Source: Salisapilia sapeloensis CBS 127946
Taxonomy: Eukaryota; Protista; Oomycota
Assembly: GCA_023334545.1 (NCBI GenBank)
Contig: JAADVB010000017.1
Location: 68,748-132,747 of the forward strand
Reading direction: 5' to 3'
DNA length: 64,000 bases
A model generated the notes under the pieces. It had not been told where the DNA came from, made no database searches, and saw only the letters and a program-made list of their open reading frames with translations. A program made the translations under genes and the position numbers. Below are positions 1 to 9,600 of the stretch, piece by piece (positions within the stretch are counted from its first letter, which is position 1; each line of letters starts with the position of its first letter).

Positions 1-240
1 ATCAGATAGATGTCACAAGAACTTGTAATGATTGCATGGATTTCTAGTAGCATCAGAGATGGTAAGCAAGAAGGGAAAGGAGATTCGGAGCTTTATGTAT
101 ACCCTTCTCCATGCTAGATACCACTAGGGTTGACTAAAAGATCCAATTAAAGAAAAGAAAAGGAAAGAAAAGGAAAGAGAGATATCATGGCATCGGTTAC
201 GAGTAGAAAAAATGCATTGGGTTGCTACGTGAAGGTGCGC

Positions 241-1197
241 TTAAACACTGTCGTACACTTCCAAGAGAAGGTCGCAGTAGGCGCCGCTCGTGTCACCGTC
301 GATGCGATCACGCAGCGACTTTCCATACTTTTTCTCATATGCTTCCGAGATCTCAGGCAAGACACAGAGGTAACGGACGAGTGAAGCACTCAAAGCGTTT
401 TCATCCGTCCCGAGGTTCTTCATCGTCTTTTCAAAGTGCTCGGCAAGTAGATCCAATGGCTCCAACGTCATGCGGACGAGGAAGAGCAACGCATCCTCCG
501 TATCACGATGGAACTCCTTCTCGACAGCACGAGCAATCGAGTGTCCGTGCTTTTGCTCATACAGCACATTCACGTTGCGCATGTGTTGCGGTGGCATGCT
601 CAAGCACAGTTCAATGAACTTGTCTTCATCCGTTCCAAAGTGGGCTTCACCAGCTTCGTACAGCGCTTCAGCGTCCGCCTCGGCCTTCTCGTCCGTGTGC
701 TCTTCTGGGTTGAACTCCGGGACACCACCACGGATGGATCCAAGGATAACTTTTTCCAAGTCTCCCGAGAATTCGCTTTCCATGCGCTCATCCAGCTCCT
801 TTTCAAAGTTCTTCTTGTATGCATCCTTGAGCATCTCCATCTCAGCACGCGTACGTCCGACGAGCACAGGGTAAATGTACTTTTCACGCGTGCCCATGCC
901 TTTCGATGCATGGTGCAAGATTTCCGCCTCGGCGTCCGGGAGCGGCATGCACAGGAGCTTGAGCAAGTAACGGAAGTCCCCGTGCGTCTCATCCTGGATC
1001 TCGTCCTTGAGCTCTTTGCCAAAGATTTCCTTGTAATGGACCGAGATCAAGTAGCGTTCATTTGGCGTCTTTGGGCCGAGAATGGACGTGAGAATCTCTT
1101 TCTTCGAGCCTTCACCAGCACACGCGTCTTTGATTTTCTCACACGCACGTTGGATCTTGTACGAGTCGTGGCAGCTAGGTGGGTAGAGGTTGAGCAT
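241..1197 (-). CDS. Annexin (copy 1), 318 aa, intronless
   Basis: Four annexin repeats with GxGT-type loops (GEGS, GMGT, HFGT, NLGT) and SGD-type repeat ends (ETHGDF, EFSGDL, DTSGAY). Confidence 0.95.
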   Translation of the reverse strand: MLNLYPPSCHDSYKIQRACEKIKDACAGEGSKKEILTSILGPKTPNERYLISVHYKEIFGKELKDEIQDETHGDFRYLLKLLCMPLPDAEAEILHHASKGMGTREKYIYPVLVGRTRAEMEMLKDAYKKNFEKELDERMESEFSGDLEKVILGSIRGGVPEFNPEEHTDEKAEADAEALYEAGEAHFGTDEDKFIELCLSMPPQHMRNVNVLYEQKHGHSIARAVEKEFHRDTEDALLFLVRMTLEPLDLLAEHFEKTMKNLGTDENALSASLVRYLCVLPEISEAYEKKYGKSLRDRIDGDTSGAYCDLLLEVYDSV

Positions 1198-1470
1198 CTT
1201 GTGATGTTGGAGGTGAATTGGATTGTGTGCTCCGGAAGAAGATCGCGATCTGGATTCCTCTCTCTCTTGCGATCCATACGTTGGGTGGATACTACGACAA
1301 CACTCGCCTATCTACAACTTATGCAAGAGAAACGACAGCAGCAAAAGATATTGGATGTATATGCAGTAAGTAGGAATCAGACAAATCCTATGGAATTAGG
1401 CACGTTCGTGCACATGCTATCCACGTGCTGAACGCTTATTTTCATATCTTTTGTCTGAGCAGTAGAGAAA

Positions 1471-2508
1471 CTAGACTGCATGGTCGTACAGAACGAGGAG
1501 TAGATGCTGGTAATCTCGTCTCGTTGTTCCCTCGATACGATCTCGAAGAGATTCCTCATACAGTTCTTCATATGCCGCAGCAATGGAGCTAAGCATCGGC
1601 TGGTACCGGACGATGGCTTCACTTAAAGCACGTTCGTCCGTGGTGATGCCGCTCATGGTATCGTGGAAATGCTCTGCCAAGAGCTTGTGTGGTTCGAGTA
1701 CGAGTCGAATGTGGAAACTTAGAGCTGCTTGAGCGTTTCCAGAAAACTCGTTCTCGACAGCATCCACGAGCGAGTTCCCAGTCTTATCCACATATGCAGC
1801 GTTCAGCGTTTCGATGTACTTGGACGGACTACGGAGGCAAATACGAATGAAAGTGGCTTCGTCCGTACCCATCCGTCCTTCACCAGCGTCGTATAAGGCA
1901 GCTGCATCGTTCTCAGCTTGTTCAGACGTGTGGTAGGACTCGTCAAAGTCTTCTTTCGCGCCTTGCAATGCTGCCATGATGACTTTATGGTAGTCTCCCG
2001 ACAATTTCTTGTCCATTCGAGCCGACAAGTCTGAATTGTACTTGTCATAGTACTCGCGACGAAGGATAGCTAGCTCTTCATTCGTTCTTCCCATCAACAC
2101 CTATAGTTCATCATTACGAGAGGGAAGTAGGATAGGAGGATGGGAGCAACGTACCGGATAAATGCATTTTTCTCGCTTATGAAATGTTTTCGTAAAATGG
2201 TGCAAAATCTTCGCTTCGGATTGAGGCAATGGCGTGGAAATGAGACGTAAGAGGTATCGATAATACCCCGACGTCTCACTGCGGATTTCTGCCTTGAGTT
2301 CACGCTTAAACGCTTTTTCGTAGAAGACGGCGATCATATACCGCTCGTCCTGGGACTTGGACCCGAGTGTTTCACTCAGCATGCTTTCATTCGTTCCTGG
2401 TCCTCTACAAGCTTCATATACTTGCTCAATCGTGATATTCACGTCCACTGGGATGTTCGTATCGCCACTCTTGTGCAGATCATGGGCCGAGGCTGGGTAG
2501 AGCTCCAT
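1471..2508 (-). CDS. Annexin (copy 2), 327 aa, 2 exons (2508-2155, 2100-1471)
   Basis: The 54-nt intron 2101-2154 (GTACGT...CTATAG) joins CIYP|VLMGRT, matching YIYPVLVGRT in copy 1. ATG at 2508 (MELYPAS). Confidence 0.93.
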
Positions 2509-2709
2509 TTGCGCAATATCGCTATTCAGAAATGAACCCACAATTTCGGTGGGTAAATTTTTTCATATAACAGACGATTTGATTACTAATATAAAAATGT
2601 ATGTCTCACCACTCATCGACTTTTGTTATAATTGATACCACGAAGCGAAAATATATGATCAAATCTCTATATCAGGTGGCATTCTATAGACAGTTTGCTA
2701 CAACACGAA

Positions 2710-4260
2710 ATGGACTCGAGTCGAGAGGGAGCTGTACGCGGCCGGAAGGGCGTACAAGATGCTCCTCTTCCTACTCCTGTAAAAGAAGAAGAGTATGATG
2801 AGGATGATTACTCGCATGCAAAGCCTACAGACTCTTTGGACGTGTCTTCTCGCTTCATGAATGCCTGTCGAAGTGTCCAGACGTGGTTCGGATCCATGCG
2901 TGTGCAGTTTGGCGATGCTTTACTCTTACAGATCTTTTTCGTCTACTTTACCCAAGGCATTCGGAGCACCTTGTGCTCTCTAGGCACAAGTTACTACCTA
3001 AATGAAACACTAGCGCTAGCTCCTTGGCAAAGTGAGGCGCTGCGAGGTACAGCAGCCATCCCATGGATCATCAAACCTGTCTATGGCATGCTCTCGGACA
3101 GTGTTCCTCTATTCGGTACTCGTCGCAAGTCCTATCTTTTAATCTTCAGTGCCGTCTCCTGTGCTGCCTACTTTGCGCTCTCCTTGCCCAATTTTATCAC
3201 GACATACCAAGGCGCGCTCATCGCACTCGTGATTGCAAGTCTCGGTATCGCCTTCTGCGACGTTGTCATCGATGGGAAGGTTGTAGAGGCCGCTCGTGAC
3301 GAGAAGGAGGACATGGCAGGCAACCTCCAATCTCTTTCTTGGCTGTCTTTATCAGTAGGCAGTGTCCTCGGCTCAGCGGTCTCAGGCTCGACATTGAACG
3401 CCTTTGGACCTCGAGGCGTCTTCTTCATATCTGCGTTAGGTCCCTTGTGTGTTGTTTTCATTTCCGCTCGTTTACATGAAGAGCCATACCGAGCATCCGG
3501 CGATGGCTTCGTCTCGACAGTCGTCGGGCAGTGCAAAGCTCTCGCGCAAGTGGTCGTGGATCCCATTTGCTGGCGTCCCATGGGATGGATTTTCCTCTCC
3601 AATGCTCTCCCGCCAAGTCTTAACGAGGCTATGTTCAGCTTTAAAACGAACGAGCTACAGTTCACCAAATCTTTCCTCGGCTTATTGTCTACTGTCGGGA
3701 GCGTCACGTTGCTCGGTACCACGGCGGTGTACAATGCATACTTTAAGGACATGCCTTTCCGATCCATGTTCTTCCGTATCCAACTCGCATCTGCCCTCGT
3801 TTCCTTCGCAGAGCTCGTCCTTGTCTCAAGATGGAACGTCGCATTCGGCATTGACGACCATTTTTTCATCTTTGGCGACGAGATCCTATCGGATGTTGTG
3901 GCGAGACTCAAGCACATGCCGTCTCTCGTCCTAAGTGCCAAGATTTGTCCGCCAGGCATTGAAGGTACGATGTTTGCTCTGCTCATGTCGATCTACAACT
4001 TTTCTTGGTCCGTCGCTTCCTACGGTGGCTCGTGGCTGTGCAACTACTTGGACATCACCAAAACCGACTTCCTCGGTCTGCCATTCGCCATCACTTTACG
4101 TAGTGCTGCAAAGCTCTTCCCTCTCTTGCTTCTGTTTATGGTTCCTGCATCCACAAGTATTCGTAGTACTGTCAGTAAAGATGAGTATGACGTCGAGTCT
4201 ACAACCGATACGGACAGTCTCGTCTCGAAACAAGAAGGCAAGGACGAAGAGATCGTGTAA
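2710..4260 (+). CDS. Folate-biopterin transporter (BT1 family, MFS), 516 aa
   Basis: Family motifs IPWIIKPVYGMLSDSVPLFGTRRKSY, AFCDVVIDG and ICPPGIEGTMFALLMS; about 12 hydrophobic segments. First ATG at 2710. Confidence 0.93.
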   Translation: MDSSREGAVRGRKGVQDAPLPTPVKEEEYDEDDYSHAKPTDSLDVSSRFMNACRSVQTWFGSMRVQFGDALLLQIFFVYFTQGIRSTLCSLGTSYYLNETLALAPWQSEALRGTAAIPWIIKPVYGMLSDSVPLFGTRRKSYLLIFSAVSCAAYFALSLPNFITTYQGALIALVIASLGIAFCDVVIDGKVVEAARDEKEDMAGNLQSLSWLSLSVGSVLGSAVSGSTLNAFGPRGVFFISALGPLCVVFISARLHEEPYRASGDGFVSTVVGQCKALAQVVVDPICWRPMGWIFLSNALPPSLNEAMFSFKTNELQFTKSFLGLLSTVGSVTLLGTTAVYNAYFKDMPFRSMFFRIQLASALVSFAELVLVSRWNVAFGIDDHFFIFGDEILSDVVARLKHMPSLVLSAKICPPGIEGTMFALLMSIYNFSWSVASYGGSWLCNYLDITKTDFLGLPFAITLRSAAKLFPLLLLFMVPASTSIRSTVSKDEYDVESTTDTDSLVSKQEGKDEEIV

Positions 4261-4322
4261 GACAAGAGGAATTTGTTTTGGATTGAAAATCAAGCACTTG
4301 TAGTGTCTACATTGTACCCTGT

Positions 4323-6542
4323 CTACTTTTTCAGCACACGTTTGCGATAATCTTGGATCGATCCGTCGAAACGCGCGACCTTTTCATCACCGACGACCCA
4401 TAGTTCACTGCACACACTCTCTACAAAGTGCTGGTCATGCGATACGATCACGACACCACCCTTGTACTCTCGTAGCGCTTCAATCAACGCATCAATCGTT
4501 TCTAAGATACACATGAGTATACATATCATCGAGTTTATAAGAAAAGACGTACCCATATCCAAGTGATTCGTCGGTTCATCAAGAACGACGACGTGTGGTA
4601 GACGCCACGTCATGAGTGCAAAGCCGACTCGAGATTTTTGACCACCAGACAACGTTCGAGTAGGTTTAATCGCAAGCTCTCCGGACAGATTGAAGCGTCC
4701 CAAGTGTGCTCGGAACTCGTCACTTTCGTGACCAGGATAGAGCTCATGCATGTTCTGGACAGCCGACTTGGCCAGGTCGAGCGAGTCGACGTGATGCTGA
4801 GAGAACGTCGAGATACGTAGACGCGGGTTGAGCGTCACACTACCTTCCGTCGGACGCAGCTTGCCGAGCATTACGTTGATCAGTGTACTCTTGCCTGATC
4901 CATTGACACCGAGGATACCAATGCGACTCGACATGTCGATACCCATGTGGACGTCGTGGAAGAGGCGAGGGTGCTCTGGCGAGTATCGGAAGCCGACACT
5001 GTCGACAGCAATGATCGGACGGCCGAGTGCTTCCGGAGGTGGGAAGTGCATGCGGAAAGCATGTTCATCCTCCGGCTCGTCGATCAGTTCCTCTCGTACG
5101 ATCTTATCAAGCGCCTTGACACGCGCCTGAACGAGCGTCGCACGCTTGGCGTTCGCTCGGAAACGGTCGATAAACTCTTGCATGTGCTGGATCTTCATCT
5201 GCTGCGCATCGTACGCCTTGCGCTGTTGACGCAAAGCTTCCTTTTGCGTTCGTTCGAACGTATTAAAGTCACCTTTATAGTAGTGTAGTTTCTGATTCGA
5301 CAAGTGGACCGTGTCGGTCGTCACGGCATTTAAAAAGTTCCGGTCGTGCGATACGACGACCATGGTCTTTTCATACTTTTCTAGATAATGTTCCAACCAG
5401 ATGACAGCTTCTAGATCCAAGTGATTCGTCGGTTCATCTAGAAGCAGGAGGTCTGGTGCCATGAACAAGGCACCTGCGAGTGCCGTACGCATACGCCATC
5501 CACCAGATAATGCCTTGGCTGGGCCTTCAATCATGTGGTCTGGGAACTGTAGACCGGCAAGAATGTGTCGAGCACGGACTTCGGCGCTATCGGCATCGAT
5601 ATCTGCAAGACGATCGTACACTTCCTTTAGACGCTTCGCACTCTCTTCTGAGTCGTTTTGAGCTAAAAGTTCTTTCTCTTCTTTCATGAGCAAAGAGCGC
5701 TCATAGTCCGTGTCGAGGACGACTTGGAGAACACTCTTTTCTTCGAAACTGAGCTTGGAAGCAGACTCTTGCTCGACGTGCTGGATACGAACGTGTTTGG
5801 GGAAACCTTCCAGCTCGTAGTGCGACATGAAACGAAGAAGAGTTGTCTTACCTGCGCCGTTCTTGCCCACCAGACCATACCGACGGCCGTGCACGAGCTT
5901 GAGCGACGTGTCAGACAAGAGCGTTTTGCCCTTGAAATTAACAGTGAAACGAGACACGTGGATGTCCTTCTCGCCCGTGTCTTTGCTAAGGTCTGGCAAG
6001 AAACGAGCGTCTTCCCACTCTCGATCTTGCTCCGCTTCTTCCCGGTCACGCTCTTCCTGCAGTTTATCGATTTTCACTTGCTTTCGAACCTGTCGTTGCG
6101 ATTGAGTCGATAACTGCGCTTCTAACGTATCATTCTTTGTCTGTCGGATACGATCGAATCCCCAAATGCGATCCATGAGCGAATCCTGATCTTTATTCTG
6201 ACTACGAGCTTGTTCCTCGATGCTTGTCGTGATATCCAATTTACGTAATTCACGTCCATCTAAATGCGAGTCGGACCAGTTACTTCCAAGTTTTGAAAAG
6301 AGTTCCGTTGCCAAGACTGAGCACAAATGCTTTGCTTGCTCCTCTTCTTCCGTGACACCAGAGCTGAGTAAAAACGGCGATACGGATTCCTCTAATGCTT
6401 CTGCTAGAGCTTCCGATGAAGACGGATACTCCTCTAGTTGAGAGGTGACGACACTAGTGATATACTCTTGCAAGTACTCATCTAATCCTTCACTTCCGAG
6501 CGTCGAAGCGACTGCAGCAGCGACGACTTCCTCCTCAGCCAT
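4323..6542 (-). CDS. ABCF3: ABC-F family ATPase (ABCF3/GCN20-like), 722 aa after removing intron 4502-4552
   Basis: Two NBDs (GKNGAGKTT / LSGGWRMR / DEPTNHLD and GVNGSGKST / LSGGQKSR / DEPTNHLD), no TM domain. Splicing restores HLDMETIDALIEAL. Confidence 0.93.
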   Translation of the reverse strand: MAEEEVVAAAVASTLGSEGLDEYLQEYITSVVTSQLEEYPSSSEALAEALEESVSPFLLSSGVTEEEEQAKHLCSVLATELFSKLGSNWSDSHLDGRELRKLDITTSIEEQARSQNKDQDSLMDRIWGFDRIRQTKNDTLEAQLSTQSQRQVRKQVKIDKLQEERDREEAEQDREWEDARFLPDLSKDTGEKDIHVSRFTVNFKGKTLLSDTSLKLVHGRRYGLVGKNGAGKTTLLRFMSHYELEGFPKHVRIQHVEQESASKLSFEEKSVLQVVLDTDYERSLLMKEEKELLAQNDSEESAKRLKEVYDRLADIDADSAEVRARHILAGLQFPDHMIEGPAKALSGGWRMRTALAGALFMAPDLLLLDEPTNHLDLEAVIWLEHYLEKYEKTMVVVSHDRNFLNAVTTDTVHLSNQKLHYYKGDFNTFERTQKEALRQQRKAYDAQQMKIQHMQEFIDRFRANAKRATLVQARVKALDKIVREELIDEPEDEHAFRMHFPPPEALGRPIIAVDSVGFRYSPEHPRLFHDVHMGIDMSSRIGILGVNGSGKSTLINVMLGKLRPTEGSVTLNPRLRISTFSQHHVDSLDLAKSAVQNMHELYPGHESDEFRAHLGRFNLSGELAIKPTRTLSGGQKSRVGFALMTWRLPHVVVLDEPTNHLDMGTSFLINSMICILMCILETIDALIEALREYKGGVVIVSHDQHFVESVCSELWVVGDEKVARFDGSIQDYRKRVLKK

Positions 6543-6635
6543 TTCCAACTCGTTTTGTTGGTTTTTAGGATGTCTCGTTTTATTAAGGTTTTTAGATAGG
6601 ATCGTAGCCTTGTCCTGAAGAAATGACGATAGCTT

Positions 6636-9600
6636 TTACAAGCTCATTTCGATGATCGTAAGACTTTGGCAAGGATGCTGCCCATGAGAGGTAGTAACTT
6701 CGCCTAATAAACAGCTAGAACAATGGTCTCGTTGGTATTCGGATGTCGTGTCGGCTGAACATAAGCCGCATGAACTTGAGCTATAGATGAGATGTTGGTT
6801 AAAAGTTAGAAGAGGTAGAATAAGCGAGTGAACGTACCCAGAGTTGATGGACATGGATCCTGGTGGACAGCTCTCACATTCACTAGATCCTACTGGAGCA
6901 AATGTACCAGGAAGACAGATAAATTTCTTGCCATTACGACAAGAGTATCCGGCAGGACATATTTCGCATTGAATACCGTCCGCAGAAGCAAACGTTCCAG
7001 ATTGACACATGCCGATGTGACCATCGATGCAAATGGCACCGCTTCGGCAAGCTTCACAAATATGCGCTTCGCCAAATGAAAAGTATCCACTTGGGCAGAC
7101 ATTTTTCATACCAGCAACGCACAAGGAACCGCCAGGACATCGTACGCACATGCTGTCCCGAGTAGTGTCGTGGTAATGTCCTTGAGGACATTCACACGCG
7201 TATGCTGGGTCAGGAAAGAGTCCGAGTAGAGCTACATCTACTTCTGTTTCAGTGGATGAAGATGTGCATATAAGAGTTACAAAGATGCTTTCAATATCTT
7301 CTTGTAACTCTAGACGCGTCCATCCATACTCCCAACTACTTTGCGTTGTTTTCGATTGAAAGTGGACACTAGAAGCATGAACCATTTCTATCCCTGTTGC
7401 CAATGTCAATGCACATGAAGGAGCATCTACTTCTATGGCAGGTTGTTGTCGACGGACATATCCTCGTAAGATGACAGGTAAGCCTTGCTGAAGCCACGGG
7501 CTATCAATTCGTTTTCTTAAGAGTATTGAGGATGTGTCTGAACCACGCAACTGGAGCACTGCTGTTCGTTTAGTTCGAAGAAGTGACGTATCCTCATGCA
7601 ACGCTATCGATGCACTTGGATCACTGGCAGTCTCCCATGATCGTATCACCTCATCTTCAGACAGCAAATGCCAATTCCGTAGCCAGCCTGTTTCATGTGA
7701 TTCAAAAGGAGGTAGAACAGGGTTTACCGTCGAGCATGCTGGTGGTGGTGAAGATACAATCACCTGTATGCTTATAAGACCAGGCAGACCTATGACTATC
7801 ATAGCACTGGAAACAGATCTGGGAATAGCAGTCAAGGACAATATCACTGACGGCAATGCAGCGACGTTCTGCTCATCATCAACTATGTCGACATTGCTCA
7901 CGAGATTAAAGTTGTCTTGTAAAATGTCAATGTGCTCATGCTTAAAAGCTTTTACAGCAGTTGCCACAGTCCTTGGCAGCGTTCCCCAATTTTCTGCACT
8001 GATAGTAGCCATAACGAATTCGTCTACCAAGTCCAACTTGCTCTCGCCAACTGAAAGAATAAAGGCAAATGCACTCTTATTATGAAGCGCTTCAGCAGTT
8101 TGCCGTTGCCCGGCAATGTCTTCAACGAGCGCATCACTTTCAAATATAACGAGTAAATGACGTCGATAAGAGTTTTCATCTTCGCTAAAACCTGCCTGTA
8201 GGGAGTCTGTGAGATGACTCCAAGTCATAGTTGCTTCATTGGAGCCATCAAGTAGTATTTCGTCCGCACGAGAGAAGTAGCTTAGTAGATCCTCATGAAA
8301 CGTAATCTTGGTCTTCATAGTGTCTACTGTTGAAAAGAATATACCACCATGACTGTCGAAAGTAGATTGTAAGTAAGCAATGACTGCAGGCAAGAGAGAA
8401 CAACATGATTTGGCATCGGGTAATGTTCCATCCAAGACAAATGTCATTTCGAATGGAATGTCACTAATACTTGCTTGGGTTTCCAGCATAGTAACAGCCA
8501 TCATGGTAACCTCAGTTGGAGCGATGTAATCTAATGCAATGTCCACTGTAGGTATTCCAGGCAAGTCGATTCGATATGGCTGTTTAGTAGATCGTTCGAT
8601 TCCTCCTAATGGACCATTGCCATCGTCAATGTACAGAGTTACTTGGTTGTCGAGTTCCACAGATACTGCGGAAGTGGCTAAACTATCGTCAACATCTACT
8701 AGCTGAAGTACTACCTCCCGACATCTATCAGTTGGAGAAATATTTTCAAGCGCCAATTGTAGCTCAATTTGGATCTCACCTCTTGGTAAAGCTACGTTTA
8801 TAGGTAAGTCCGAGGGAAGAACGGTAATATTGGACCTTTTAAGCGATACTACAGCTTCCAAGGGGACATCAGGGTCACCATCACGACGAATGGTAATTGT
8901 AGTCTGCATTGATGCTGTATCTCCATCGACCTTATCGACTACAATTGGATGAGAATGATCAAAGTAGAGGACACTTGAAGTCATAATGGTCGAAATTGGG
9001 CTTCTCTCACTACAGTCTCCTCCAGTCCAACCTTCATAACATTCGCATCCACCATATACGCACATGCCAAGATCAGAGCATACTTTGCCGTTGCGACCAC
9101 TAGGGCAAGACGGTGCTCCGTTGTTACTCTCTTCGCAAGACATGCAACCTTCCCACTTATCCAGCGCATATGCATTGTCAGTGCATTCATGACAAACGGA
9201 ACTTCCTGCAGAGCTACTGAACGTATTTGCAAGGCAATCAATACACGTATTGATGGATCCTTTATTTGGCATATAAGACCCAGGAGGACAAGCGTCGCAG
9301 GTACCCGGAAGAGTAGATGCTGTTGTCCCTACTTCACAAGCTTGGCATGATTGCTTTCCTTCTGAGATGTGGTACCCGAAATCACAGGATTGGCAATCAG
9401 CTATACTTGCTGCTCCTGATGCCGCTGTAATAGTTCCATTAGGACATGCCTCACAAGAAATCGACCCAGATATGCTGGTGTATGTATTCTCTGCGCAAGG
9501 AAGGCACAACCCATTCGTTATAACAGAGGAAAATGAGCCTGGATTACATGGTTGGCACTGGACAAGTTGAAATGTCGATCCAGGAGGGCAATACACGCAG

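Noticed and set aside
150-180. Purine run with a short AAAGAAAAGG duplication
   Set aside because: Ordinary low-complexity pyrimidine tract in the annexin 3' region.
508-1431. 307-codon plus-strand ORF over annexin 1, and similar shadow ORFs throughout
   Set aside because: Antisense or alternative-frame shadows of well-supported genes with no recognisable domains.
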